From: Azolla caroliniana
Lineage: Eukaryota; Plantae; Polypodiophyta
Reading direction: 5' to 3'
Length of the DNA stretch: 64,000 nt
Assembly (NCBI GenBank): GCA_043228905.1
Contig: JBHGNT010000017.1
Coordinates: forward strand, 18,600,001-18,664,000
The notes beneath the pieces are model-generated. The model saw only the letters and a program-made list of their open reading frames with translations, did not search any database and was not told the origin of the DNA. Below are positions 1-12,630 of the stretch, in pieces (the stretch's first letter is position 1; each line of letters starts with the position of its first letter). A program made the translations under genes and the position numbers.

Positions 1-415
1 AAACTATCACACTATATGAGAAAGGTACTATCAGAGACTCGAAGGCAATGACCTCGAGCTTTGTATCTTCACCAGCCGACGGTTACAACAAAATATCGCT
101 TTGTATCTCTTACTTTCACTGTCGCTCTCTCTATACAACAATATGACTACAACATAATCTGATTGCCCTAAGACATATTTATACTTATATGAACTTAGGG
201 CTATTTACAAATATAGCCTCAATAGGCTTACTCAAAAAACATATTTACACATATGTCTTCTCATCTGTTTCTTACCGGATCCATCCGATTCGGTTTCCGA
301 ATCTCTTCCGGTTCTCACTGGGTCCTCTTTATTCATCACCGGATCCCATTCGGAGGGACCGATTTCCCAACAATGGCTTCCATGAGCTGATTTATTTTCT
401 CAGTAAGATCCGACA
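1..415 (-). mobile_element. Distal part of an LTR (copia-like), truncated by the window start, inserted in the leader of a Tcn1-like element
   Basis: Ends in ...CCGACA at 415; TATTTATAC (minus-strand TATA) near 176; CCGGATCC-rich U3 resembling the copia LTR at 24240; Tcn1 leader and PBS resume right after it. Confidence 0.5.
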
Positions 416-449
416 TGCTGGGGCTTAGAAACTGGGAAGGTGAACAAAC

Positions 450-920
450 TGTCACGAAAGGGTGGAATGAGGCTAAGTACTAAGAGAGAGCGAGAGCATA
501 AGCAAGATCACAAGATTGTCACGAACAAGTAGACGAGACTCAATATTAAGAGATAACGGGAGAGAGAGCATAGACAAGAGAACAAGCAAGAGAGAGAGAA
601 AATAGTCAAATGAACAAGAACTTAATTATGCTTTCGTAACTGGTGTTGTTCACCTTGATTGTAATCAAGGTGCACCACAATATTTATACAAGAATGTGGA
701 GGTATGCATGAAAGCTAGAAGACTTCTAGAGAGTGCATGAAGATGCATTCTCTAGAAGGTTCTTGAAAGTTCTGGTGATCAATCTATAATGAAATAAGTT
801 GAATCTTATACAATACAATAATGCATAGCCGGATGTACCTCAACTAGTAAGGTTTCTCAATAAGACCATAAGGTCATGGGTTCAACCCCCACCATTCCAT
901 GTGGCATCCTGTCTATGACA
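450..920 (-). mobile_element. 5' LTR of a Tcn1-like gypsy element, with PBS at 437-447
   Basis: TGTCA...TGACA termini; minus strand reads TGACA-GTTTGTTCACCTT, the same LTR/PBS junction as the element at 26142; TATA at 681-688. Confidence 0.75.
829..899 (+). ncRNA. tRNA-like (A-box/B-box) sequence within LTR U3, antisense to the element
   Basis: GGATG-TACCTCAACTAGTAAGG...GGTCATGGG-TTCAACC-CCCAC-CATTCC: D-arm-like A box, T-arm B box, tRNA length; degenerate, so not a functional tRNA call. Confidence 0.55.
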
Positions 921-1159
921 AGTAGATGCTCGATCATATTCAGCTGTTTGGTAGACAAGGGTTGGGCAATCGCCTTATGTTTTTACATCTACAAAGGATA
1001 CTATAGAAGCGCTTGGGAATAGCAAAAATAGAGTATATAAAGACCATCGTGTTTTATTCAAGGATTCCCATGTGGAAAAAAGAATAACAAGAGAAGTAAC
1101 ATCTTCTCAAAAGGAGAGACAAGTAGGTTTGACTAATAAGAGGTCTTCTCCATCTCAAT

Positions 1160-3540
1160 CTTGATATGGATTATTTTAACATTTTATCTTGGAACCTTCA
1201 AGGACTAGGTGTGAGCCGTTGTAATAGAGTAAAGTGTTACTTGAATCAAGAACAATCTCTATCTTCTATAGGTAGACTTGATATGGGATGTTTTCAAGAA
1301 CACCATCTTTATTCGTGAAGGATAGTGTCGATTAGAAATTTACTACGTGGTAGTTGGATTTATGAATGGGTTCCCAGTTTTTGGGCCCTCTAGTACTCAA
1401 GGTAGTCTGTGTATCGCACTCATAATGCAATGGTTGTCTCATGTGCAAGCTAATTCTTATTTCTGGTGGTGGTAGAGTTCAATATATGCTTAATATTCTT
1501 ATTTCTAGAAAATTGATTGGTTTTTTGAATGTATATGCTCCGAGTTCTGCTATTGGAAGAATTTGATTGTGGAATATGTTATTGCAAGACCTTCTTGTGG
1601 CACAACATTGATGTATGTGTGGTGATTGGAACATGATTGAAAGTCCTATTGATAGATTAGGTGGATCTTCTACTACTATCTCGGGTTTGGAATTGCATGA
1701 GTGGGAGAAATTAATTTTCAAATATGAAGTTACTTATTTGTGGCATATTCCTACTTTCTCTCACATGTCTGATTCCTTGTTATATTCACGTTCCAATCGA
1801 AGAAGTGACGCCCTCAATTTGTTTAGAATAGATAGGTTTTATGCAGATTCTTTTTTTTTGGGGATCGTGGAGGATATGTGGGTATTATATCAGGCACTTT
1901 TTTCTCTTATCATGCTCCGATTATGCTCAAATTCTATATGAACAACCATACTTCTATTTCTTGATTGTATGTGCCAAGGTTTATTGTTGATGATATGAAT
2001 TTGCAGCATACAGTCTTTTCACTTTGGAGAATGGATGTAGGGGATTCTTATTGTCATAAATGACAAAATGCACTTCTAGCAGTTTCCAACTTCTTTATAC
2101 AACAAGTTAAGTTAAAACAAAGTAATTACACTAGAAGTTTGTTGAATGCTAAGAGAAGTTTGGCTTCTCTTCAAATTTTGCAAGAAAAATAGCCTCATTC
2201 TCAATATATTCATTCTAAATTACAAAATGCTATGATGCTTATTTCTTCTTTGTAGCAAAAACGTGCTCAATTTTTTTTCAAGCATCTGCAGCAAGATGGT
2301 GTGCAAAAGGAGACACCATGTCAAATCTTTTTCCCCAACATGTTATGCCTAAAAGAAATAAAATTTAGATTGTGTAGTTGAAAAGATTTGACGGCATTGT
2401 CACAACGAATAGAGATGAAATGAGGCATATTGTAGCCGCTTATTATGAGTCATTGTTATCAATAGATATTCCAAGTGTTGAAACTCTACAGATGCGCCAA
2501 AAAGTATGGATTGGTATTGTGGTTAAGGTAACATCTTGGATATCGCATCAGCTTCTTCGTCCATTTTCCTCTGAAATATTGCAAACTATCAAAGGTGTTG
2601 GGCTAGCCAGATGTGTGCCCAGGAGTAGATGGAATGGGGAGAGATTTTTTCATTACATATTGGGATTTGATTGTTGATGATTTACTTGTAGGATTGATAT
2701 GCCTCATTCCAAAAGGTGATGTAGTTATGGATGACGTAAAGGGTTGGCGCCCCATTGCTACTGCGGTTAAGGCAACATCTTGGATATCGCATCAACTTCT
2801 TCGTCCATTTTCCTCCTTTGAAATATTGCAGACTATCAAAGGTGTTGGGCCAGATGTGTGCCCGAGAGTAGATGGAATGGGGAGAGATTTTTTCATTACA
2901 TATTGGGATTTGATTGTTGATGATTTACTTGTAGGATTGATATGCCTCATTCCAAAAGGTGATGTAGTTACGGATGACGTAAAGGGTTGGTGCCCCATTG
3001 CTACTGCGGTTAAGGCAACATCTTGGATATCGCATCAACTTCTTCGTCCATTTTCCTCCTTTGAAATATTGCAGACTATCAAAGGTGTTGGGCCAGATGT
3101 GTGCCCGAGAGTAGATGGAATGGGGAGAGATTTTTTCATTACATATTGGGATTTGATTGTTGATGATTTACTTGCTGGATTGATATGCCTCATTCCTAAA
3201 GGTGATGTAGTTACGGATGAGGTAAAGGGTTGGCACCCCATTACTCTATTAAATACAATTTACAAAATTTATGCTAAGTTATTGGCTTTGAGATTACAAT
3301 CCTTTCTTCCGGATATTGTGTATGAATCTCAGGCAGGATTTATGCAAGAATGTAGTATTTTTTATAATGTTTTTCTGTTCTGGGAATTAACAGGGATCGC
3401 AACGAAAAATAAAGAAGATATTGCAGTACTATTATTAGATTTTGAAAAAGCATATGACAAAGTTGATTGGGACTTCATGGAAGGTTCATTTTTGAGATTA
3501 GGTTTTCCGGTTCAATGGATTAGGGTTGTAGCTTCGTTGT
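1160..3540 (+). mobile_element. L1-clade LINE ORF2 relic (AP endonuclease plus N-terminal RT), truncated by an LTR
   Basis: Motifs ILSWNLQG, CGDWNMIE, RIDRFY, WHPITLLNTIYKI, LLLDFEKAYDKVDW across frameshifted ORFs. Confidence 0.85.
2521..3245 (+). repeat. Tandem triplication of about 243 bp inside L1 ORF2
   Basis: Unit GGTTAAGG...CCCATT starts at 2521, 2765 and 3008; visible as a repeated peptide in ORF 2613-3548. Confidence 0.95.
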
Positions 3541-3551
3541 TGTCGTAACTC

Positions 3552-3614
<63 letters not shown>

Positions 3615-3959
3615 GACAGGAAATGGAAATGGTATTATATTATGAGAAAACAAGGTTACAAAGAGTAGGCTAAGGGCTAAAGACTAGTGTTGAACCGAAT
3701 GAGTTCTGATGAATGTATAAACACCTATTTATAGATCCTTATGGAGTATTCTAGAATATTTTAGATATTTATGATAATAAATATAATCATGAAATATTCA
3801 AGAATGTTCTGGAATATTCTAAATATCTTGTAATCACTAAAAATATAATTATTATAACGACCCATCATATATATTATTACAATGGTTAAAGGTTCAATAC
3901 ATGGACCAAGAAGTTGTGGGTTCAACTCTTGATAAGCCAAAATGTATGTCTTCATGACA
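3541..3959 (-). repeat. 3' LTR of element A, with (GA)n tract, HSE array and tRNA-like module
   Basis: TG...TGACA termini; adjacent TTATCCCCCTT (PPT on minus strand); highly similar to 23553-23935. Confidence 0.85.
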
Positions 3960-4816
3960 TTATCCCCCTTCTTCGAGTTCCACGAGTCGGAAGACAAGAG
4001 TTCGGACTTGGTTTATGGGGATATTTATTGTGAAATGTAGCTACCATGTCGGAGGCATTAGCAAGATGCTCGACAAGCTCCCATGTTCGATCATTAGGTG
4101 TATAACTTAACCAATCAACCAGATAATATAGTTTGTTGTGGATGATCTTGGAATCGAGAATGGCAGCAACCTCATATTCAGAGCCATTGGAAAATTCGAT
4201 TGGAGGTGGGGGTAGTGTAAGACGACCCGAAATAGAGCTTGGTGTGTAGGGCTCCAAAAGTGAAACATGGAAGATAGGGTGAAGACGGATATGAGGAGGA
4301 AGATCAAGGTGAAATGTCACATCATTGATCTTACCAGAGATCACATATGGGTCGAAACATTGATAATCCAGTTTGTAGCAAGGTCGGGTGGTTTTAATGC
4401 TACCTTGTAAGAGCCATACTCCATCGCCAACATGAAATGTAGTCGATGAATCACGTCGATGACAATCAACAACCTTCTTATGAGTGGTTTGAGCATTACA
4501 TAAATAGTGCAAAAGTATATCCTAAACTTAACGGAGTTAGGTGAGCCAATCTTTAGCAATGTGGTTTGTTGGAAGTTCGAGATGTTCAAGCATTGTCCAA
4601 CGAGGATGGTACCCAATGTTCGCAAAAAATGGGGAATATCTAGTAGAAGAATGTTTGGAGTTGCTGTAAGTAAATTCCGCCAAATGTAATAGATCAACCC
4701 AATCATCTTGTTGATAGTTGACAAAACAATGAAGATAGTGTTCGACTTGTTGTTCATCTTGTTGATAGTTGACAAAACAATGAAGATAGTGTTTATCTTG
4801 TTGGTCTTCACTATCT
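3952..4816 (-). pseudogene. Integrase C-terminus with chromodomain (element A)
   Basis: [41 protein letters not shown]...YLVDW...TWE. Confidence 0.85.
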
Positions 4817-5165
4817 TCACAAGACGGCCGAATGTACGAGGAAGACACAAAACACACACACAAATGCTCGTACGCCTTTATGAGGAGGAGAGGTGCATGG
4901 GCAAGCCCGAACGGTCCCCTCATCACAAGACGGCCAAACGTACAAGAAAGACACAAACATACGCATAAAATGCTCGTACGCCTTTATGAGGAGGAGAGGT
5001 GCATGGACAAGCCCGAACAGTCCCCTCGTCACAACACGGCCAAACGTACAAGGAAGACACAAACACACACACAAATGCTCGTACGCCTTTATGAGGAGGA
5101 GAGGTGCATGGGCAAGCCCGAACGGTCCCCTCGTCACAAGACAACGGAACATACAAGGAAGACAC
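4817..5165. repeat. About 106-bp tandem repeat array in the 3' LTR of element D
   Basis: CACAAGACGG-like unit starts at 4818, 4924, 5030, 5135. Confidence 0.9.
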
Positions 5166-6110
5166 GAATAAAGAAAGAAGGAGAGAAAGAAACACGAATG
5201 CTATCAACTAAAGAGATAAATACGTGTTCGATTCCAACGCAAGAGGACCCTTTATAAAATAGGGTTTTGTTTACAATGGCAACTTATAGTTAACCACAAG
5301 CTCAATCAAAACATAAATATTAAATGCCCTTAGAGACAAAAGCAAATCCTAACACGGCGAAGATGAACACACGAGCACCACCAAAATGCCAATCCCGACG
5401 AACCACGACCACCTGAACGGTGAGCACAAGGGCTCGCAACGACGAACGGGGCGGAGCAACGTCAAACCAACGAAGCTTGGGCTCACGAGCACTTCAAGTG
5501 CCGACGCGAAGAAGACGAGCACGTGGCGATGGGGGGATGAAGGGGTATGAGATGAAGAGAAGTGGTGAATAAGGAGATGAAGAGCTTCGAAGGAAAATTG
5601 GCGATAGTCTCCTCCTCCCCAAAACGTCCTCTCAAATGAGCCCCCCTCGACCTCCTTTTATAGGAAAAAAAAGAAAGGGGGGGGTCGTCAAATTTGTCTT
5701 CAATGAAAAAGGAATAAAATTCCTTAAATCACATTGCATTGTAAGACTAGATTTGAACTATGCACCTACAACTAGTAGTCAATGTGACTATCCACTAGCC
5801 TACTAACTCTCTCTTGTACAATATATAATTCTATCTCTATAAATTTATAGCCTGTCTCCCCTCTACCCTTTATCTCTCCTCTCTCTTACTTTTTGCACGA
5901 GCTTCTATACCTCCTTTTTACCCTTTCTTTTCCTTTTTATTTTGCATATGCACAATTAATCGCTTTTGTGTGCACACACATTGCACGTGCACATTTTTGA
6001 ACCCCCCTTTCGCCGGTTTTTCCCACCCTCGAGCACGCCACATCACAACATCCACCCCCACTAAACCGCACATCCTCCGGTATGTGCCAAGAATGGCGGG
6101 CTGAGGGTGG

Positions 6111-9100
6111 TCAATAGTTCATTTCCTCCTCCTCATTGACCCCATGGCTTGTTGTTTGCTCGCCTTTATCTTCGTCAAGGTCATCGAGGTTTGGCTCCTT
6201 GTCGTGTCGCTTTTTGTAGATTTTGACCCGCTTCCTAGCTATTGGTACTGCCAGCTTAGTCCCATCGAGTTCAGCGAGGTGGTAGGTAGCATTATCGTTT
6301 ACACTCGTTACCACATACGGCCTGAACCATCGCTTTGCGAATTTCCGCATCGACCTATGTTGATTGTCGAGACTACTATCATATACAATCACCCAGTCTC
6401 CTTCTTCGATTTTCCGAGGGCGCAGTCGGTGTGTCTGGTCGAATCGGGCTTTGTTACTTAGCCTAGTCGCTTCTAACCTCTCCTTTGCCAACTCTAAGTC
6501 TTCGGGTCTTCTCTCAAGTTGCCTTATCCTTGTGGCTAGAAGCTCTTCTCGACTCATCTCGTTTTCCCACGGCATCGCTACCCATGAAGCGATCGTGTCT
6601 TCAATGGGCATCGCCGGCTTTTGTCCGTACATGAGTTCAGCTGGCCAACTCTAAGTCTTCGGGTCTTCTCTCAAGTTGCCTTATCCTTGTGGCTAGAAGC
6701 TCTTCTCGACTCATCTCGTTTTCCCACGGCATCGCTACCCATGAAGCGATCGTGTCTTCAATGGGCATCGCCGGCTTTTGTCCGTACATGAGTTCAGCTG
6801 GCATGAAACCTATAACTGAGCTATGAGTTGTTCTGTCGGCCCACAAGGCATAAGGTAATAACCGAGGCCAATTCCCGACTCGCCCATCACAAGCTCGCAC
6901 AATGGCTTTTACGATAGGCCCGTGTTCGCGTTCTATCTTTCCATTATCCTCCGGGTTATAAGCGGTCGTGAGAGAGAGCTTCACTCCAAGTCGGTCAAAG
7001 AGCTCTGTAGCTTCGTGAGCATTCAGCTCTCCTCTGTCGGCCACTCTCTTTCCCACACATCCGTACCGGCAGATGACATCCTCGAGTAAGAATTTACACA
7101 CCCCCGCCGTCGTTTTGTTTGCTAAGGCCCGCCCTTCTACTTGGTTTGTTAGGTCTTCTCTTGCTAGCACCAAATATTTCATTTGGCCCACTCCCATTCG
7201 AAACCAAATCCACCATCCATTTGAAGTGTATGGTGAGTGGGTAGGTCGGGTGCAACTCGTCCCTATGGCGTATGTTGGAGTGTATCTGGCAGCTTTCACA
7301 CGTCCCCACGAAATGGGCGACATCCTTGTACATTCCCGGCCACCAATACTTCTCCTTTAACTTCTCGAATGTTGCCCACGTTCCTCTATGGCCCGCCCAA
7401 GGACTCTCGTGGAATTTAGACACCAATGTTGTCTGGTCCTCTTCCTTTATGACCACTCGTTGTGGCGTCCCCGTCCTTCTCTTTGGGTGCCTCCAAAGGA
7501 ATCCCCCTCATAGGAAGTACTTGTACGCTTTCTTTCGGACTCTCTGTGCTTCCTGCTTCGACCATGAACTATCCACCGTCATTGAGCTTAAGAACTTGCC
7601 AATGTGTAGCCACTCCCCTTCGTATTCACTTTCGTTGAAGGCGTGGAGTACTCGCACATCTTGATCATCTATAGACGCTTGGGCCATCCTTAAGAAGTCA
7701 AGAGCGACATCCTCATCTTCAGACACCATGTCGCTTTCGCCCTCGAACCTTGCCCTTGATAGCATATCTGGCATGACATTGTTCTTCCCTGAAATGTGGT
7801 GAATCTCCAGGTTCATTGATTTGATGTAAGCAATCCATCTTAGCATAGCTAGGTCAAGCGTTGCACACCCCGAAACCATCCCTAGGATTGGAAGGCAATC
7901 CGTCCCTATTACCACCTCTGACCCGATTAGGTAATCTTTATCCGCCTTCACTGCGGACACAATATCCCAAAGCTCACGTTTTACTTGGGCGTATCCTCGT
8001 TGTCGCTCGCTTAAGACCTTGGCTCCGAACTGGATGGCATAGCGTGTACCATCCTCTCCTTCTTGGTTGATGACCCATCCGATCCCTGTTGGACTCGTAT
8101 CTACCGTCACGTAGATGGGCACCCCTTCCTTGTATACGAGTTTTCGTAAAGTTGGTGCCACTACCAACATTCCTTTGAGCCTCTTCATTGCCTTTGTGTG
8201 CTCTTCCTCCCACTTGAACTTCCGCCCCTTCTTGAGTATCCCATACAAGGACTCCGCTAGGTGAGCATAGTGTGGGATCCAGATGTGGTAGAATGCACAG
8301 GCACCAAGAAATCGCCTCACCTCTATTTGCGATTTACATTCTTCTCTCATGTCTATGATGGCGTCCACCTTTGCCGGGGATGGCTTCCGTCCGTACGCCC
8401 CGCACAAGTGTCCCACCACAAGGATCTCCAGTTGGCCGAATGTTGATTTCTCACCCGAGAAGGTCAAGCGTGCATCTTCGAGTCTTTGTAGAACCTTCTC
8501 GCAATCGGAGATGTGATATGCCACAAAACGTCTGCACCCATCCTCGTCCAAGGTTTCATCTTTCTCCGCTTCAGAGCACCCTTTTATGGGGATGTCATCG
8601 AGGAACGGCATGGTGATGTCAGGGATGCAATCTCTCAATACCTTGTTCATTGCATTTACCATGTGGGCTACAGAGTTAGTGCCTCCTTGTGGCAAGGTAC
8701 ACATTCGCACTAGGCCGATAGGGGTCCGCATTGTCGTGATGTCCCTACTCTCCACAGCTAGTTGGAATTGATCATACCCTGAGTATAGATCACCAATCGA
8801 ATAAATAGACCTTCCAGCGAAGGCCTCGGCGAATTCGTCAACGCTCGATCTGACCCCGAAATTTCGAATTGTCACTTGATTAATAGATTGTAGGTCCTGG
8901 ATGAAGCGTAATGTGTCGTTCTTCTTTGGCACAGTGAACCACCAATTCGAGTATGGGGCGCTTGATGGCTCGAGGATACCCATCTCGATCTTTTCCTTGA
9001 GTAGCTCAATCAACTTCGGGATGTCAGCTCTCGGAACAAGGATTGGCTTGATGTTCCACAGTACATGCGGCACCGTAAAGATCACCATTGGCTCCACGAT

Positions 9101-9763
9101 CTTAGGGTTTACACACCCTATCTCACATGACGAGAAGGCGAAAGCCCTTCCGTGGCTTTCGATCATCCTTCTAAATCTTTCCTCCTCCCTAGGCAATAGG
9201 AAGCCACCCCCACCAATACGGAGCTTCTGTCGCGTCTCGTCGGTGAACCGATGCCCTATGCCTCGTGGGTCCCGCAAGCTAGGATCAGCCACTACCCCCT
9301 TTATCCGATCCCAACTATCGTTAGGCAATGGGGCAGCCACAAGCTTCACCTTCTTGTCCACGGTCTTGTACTTTGTTTGCACCTTGACCGTCCTCGCTTC
9401 CTCAATCAACCGCCCAAGCTCTTCGATGGCGGTGTACATGTCAACTGAGTTGACTGGAATTACCTTGTCTTCATTGAGGCCCGAAACGACTACCCTCTCC
9501 ATCTCTCTGAGAGTGTCGTCGAACGAGACTGCCTCCATGGCGCCGCTTATGGTGTCATCTTCCCCCAATAAATTACATTGTTTGAGATACCTTTCGTATC
9601 TCTTGGCCCTAGACTTATCTCTATCACTTAAACTAGTAATTTTACAAGCTCCATTTTCGGAGAACCAAAATTGTTTCCTATTACATTTAATAGTTTTACA
9701 AGGGTTTAGGGTCTTAGTTTGCCTCGGGCTATTGCGGCCCCACTCTTTAATAGCCCGAATCAA
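6111..9763 (-). pseudogene. Pol ORF2 (RT-RNase H-integrase) of element D, disrupted
   Basis: GDLYSGYDQ, LPQG, FLDD (RT); VDTS (RH); H-x-H/C-x2-C zinc finger; ADRG and TAYNPEDNGKIE (IN); internal stop, frameshift and 157-bp duplication. Confidence 0.9.
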
Positions 9764-9769
9764 AAATCC
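9700..9769 (-). promoter_or_regulatory. Putative -1 ribosomal frameshift signal (G GAU UUU plus stem-loop/pseudoknot)
   Basis: Heptamer in ORF1 frame just before TGA; perfect 10-bp stem 9749-9758/9724-9733; pol lies in the -1 frame. Confidence 0.75.
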
Positions 9770-11883
9770 TCTCGGTTATCCCCTTTGAGGGAGGCTCGAT
9801 TGCGCTCATGGTTGGGCCTCACCGTAAGGAATTAGACCGAATGCTTCCCATCTTGGCTCTTGACCCTCGCATATGCCGACCCGTTGTCTAGCACCTTCGT
9901 CTCCATGTGAGCCGCCGTGATGTATGGTTCACCCAAGATGACTGAGTGCGAGGGCGTCTCTTGAACAAAGAAATGTTGATCTATTTCTACGTCCCCCACC
10001 TTCACACGTACATTCGGGCAAGCCCCGTATAGCTCCTCGATTGCTCGGGTCGCCGCTGTAATCTTCCACCCGTGCTTCGTGTTGATCGGCCACTTTCCCT
10101 TTTTATAAAAGTCCATGGACATAAGGTTGATCTCAGAGCCATGGTCGATCAATGCTACCACCGGCTCTTTTACATCTCCGACCCGTACCGGTGTCTCCAT
10201 TGTTGCTCTCGCCCAATGCAGCCTCGTATAGTGACTGTCTGCATAATCTTCGTCTTCCTCGGGAACCTCAATTGACAATGCATTTACAATCGCGGGTTTT
10301 GCCACTTCTTGCTCCGTCGAGAGCCGCTTCCTCTTCATTAGGTCGATGATGACCTCGTGGAATTCTTTCTTGGCAATTCCGAGGACCTCTCGCAGAGTAA
10401 ACTCTATGCGACTATCGAGGATCCTCTTCTCCACCACCTTCTTCAAGTCCGTTGCTTGTTCGATCTCCGAGCAAAGCTTGAAGTTGGGGGGGTTCCCCTT
10501 CTCTTTCCATCTTTCGTTGCGTGCTTGAGACTGGTTCGGCTCTTCCCTTCTTCGTGCACCTCGAGCGTCGTATTTCCTTGATGGATCGGCTCCCTCGTCA
10601 TTTCCTACCTTCTTCTCTTCTACCATTACTTCGTAGTTTTGGCAAGCGGCTTCCACTAAGCATGTCTTTTCTTCCACCGGATCCTTCCACCTGGTTGCTT
10701 CTTGGACCCTTCTTTCCGCTTCGTCCGCTTCTTCTCTTTTGAACTTCCCCTCAGAGAGGCTTCCAAGGATTGATGGCCAAAAGTCAAAATCTTTCTCCTC
10801 TTGCCTTCTCACCTCTTTCCCCACTCGGATCCCAGCCGACGCTGAGTAGTGGATGGCTTCAACATGTCGTGCTTCGGCCTCCTCCATTAGGCTTCTCATG
10901 CCCCCTCGGCCTTGATTCAATCCCAAGGGGCGCCTTGTCTCCGTCGAATAGACCCTATTGTTCCAAAGATAGACAATATCCTTTCTTAGGGCCTCTTGAA
11001 AGTCTCCACACTCCCTTCGTAGGTGGTCGGGGTTGTCGCACCACATACATCTTTGCGCGAACGGGGGACGTCGATCTTGAGAGCCGCCACTCTCTCTCCT
11101 AGCTTGCGCTATTTGGAGATCTTGCACCATCTTTGTGAGCTCGTCTATTGCCGACCCTCCCGACGGTGCTTCAACCACGTTTCTCTCGGGGATGAACCTT
11201 GCATTTGCTTGCTCTCTTTCTTGAGGTATTCTACCACCCCTGGGTTCATGTCTCTCACTAATGGAGCCTGTGGATGTTTGGCCGCTCAACGGAGACCAGT
11301 CATTCCATTCCCTTCTTTTATCGAAGCGGCTACAAACCCGTTTTACCATAGCCCAATCCGTCGTGAGCCCATCATCAGTTTCGAGGAGGGACCCCACCTT
11401 CTCTCGGTCTCGTGCATCAACAGTCTTTATGAATAGTAGGACCTTGCTTGTGTCAAGAACCATCCTATCGAGCGTCGAGAGTCGCGTGAAGTGCTTCTCA
11501 GATTCTTGTAAAAGTACCATAGTATTTCTCCCCTTGCCGGGAAGCTCAACCCACTCCATTAGATCCCTTTTCGAAATTCTGAGTGAGTCATCAAGGCCGT
11601 ACTTCTCGAGGAGTCTTTCTTCGAACTCCACCCAATTGCAACAGTCCGCTTGGATCTCGAGTACCTCCGCGTGGATACTCGGTGTTACCACTCTGGCGAA
11701 TCCGGTTAGCCACCTATCTTCGAGGACGTTTCGCATAAGCATTTCGGCCTTACAGGCATCCAAGTAGCTCATGATATCTCTTCCATTGAACCGACCCATT
11801 GTGCTGACCACCGTCTCTATGGCCCGGTCTAGGCTGGCGATGCCTTCTTGGGCATTTACCAAGCGGTCCACCGCCGCCGCCAT
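9760..11883 (-). pseudogene. Gag-protease ORF1 of element D (one premature stop at 9832-9834)
   Basis: Zinc knuckle CMWCDNPDHLRREC; aspartic protease ALIDHGSEIN...ILGEPY; the frame continues past the stop to ...GDNREDF-stop at 9760. Confidence 0.85.
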
Positions 11884-12224
11884 CGGTTCAGCGAGTTCTC
11901 CTCCTCACATCTTAGATCTCCCTTGCCACCCTTTCACGTCGGTTTCACCAATTTATGTTGCCAAGTTTCGCGCACGTGTGTTACTTGGGCGGGACCACGA
12001 GGGTCTTGGACTAGGAAGTACTCAAGGGATAGAGAAGACCCGAGGTTTGCTTTACGACAATACTACTTCCCGACCCCTTCCCAAGCAAGGTCTCATTGCC
12101 CTTTGTTTTGTGAGGCCGGTGGCTCTTGTTGATCACGACTCGTCGACCTTCCGAGATCACTGCACGACCCAAGGTACAAGAAAGATGAGCACGCAACATG
12201 AACGCACAAGGGGACGATAACACA

Positions 12225-12630
12225 AACATGAATGTCGGTACGTCTTTATGAGGAGGAGAGGTGCATGGGCACGCCTGAATGCTCCCTCGTCACAAGACGT
12301 CGAACGTACGAGGAAGACACAAAACACATGCACAAAATGCTCATACACCTTTATGAGGAGGAGAGGTGCATGGGCAAGCCCGAATGGTCCCCTCATCACA
12401 AGACGGCCGAACGTACGAGGAAGACACAAAACACACACACAAATGCGCGTATGCCTTTATGAGGAGGAGAGGTGCATGGACAAGCCCGAACGGTCCCCTC
12501 GTCACAAGACGGCCGAACGTACAAGAAAGACACAAACGCACGCACAAAATGCTCGTACGCCTTTATGAGGAGGAGAGATGCATGGGCAAGCCCGAACGGT
12601 CCCCGAACGTCACAAGACGGCCGAACGTAA
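12225..12630. repeat. About 106-bp tandem repeat array in the 5' LTR of element D
   Basis: Unit starts at 12291, 12397, 12503, 12611. Confidence 0.9.

Noticed and set aside
829-899. Functional tRNA gene
   Set aside because: Anticodon arm and acceptor stem are degenerate; kept only as tRNA-like.
4875-4895. CTTTATGAG or GTGACGAG as a hammerhead ribozyme core
   Set aside because: Does not match CUGANGA, and no GAAA in the required helix context.
5218-5232. Self-primer for element D downstream of the TATA-like motif
   Set aside because: Only a partial match to the candidate PBS; could be chance.
4817-5257. Overlapping ORFs and CRISPR-like periodicity in the 106-bp array
   Set aside because: Whole units repeat with no unique spacers; the array is inside a eukaryotic LTR; the ORFs are by-products of the repeat.
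8901-9788. 295-aa plus-strand ORF
   Set aside because: Antisense shadow of pol with no recognisable motif.
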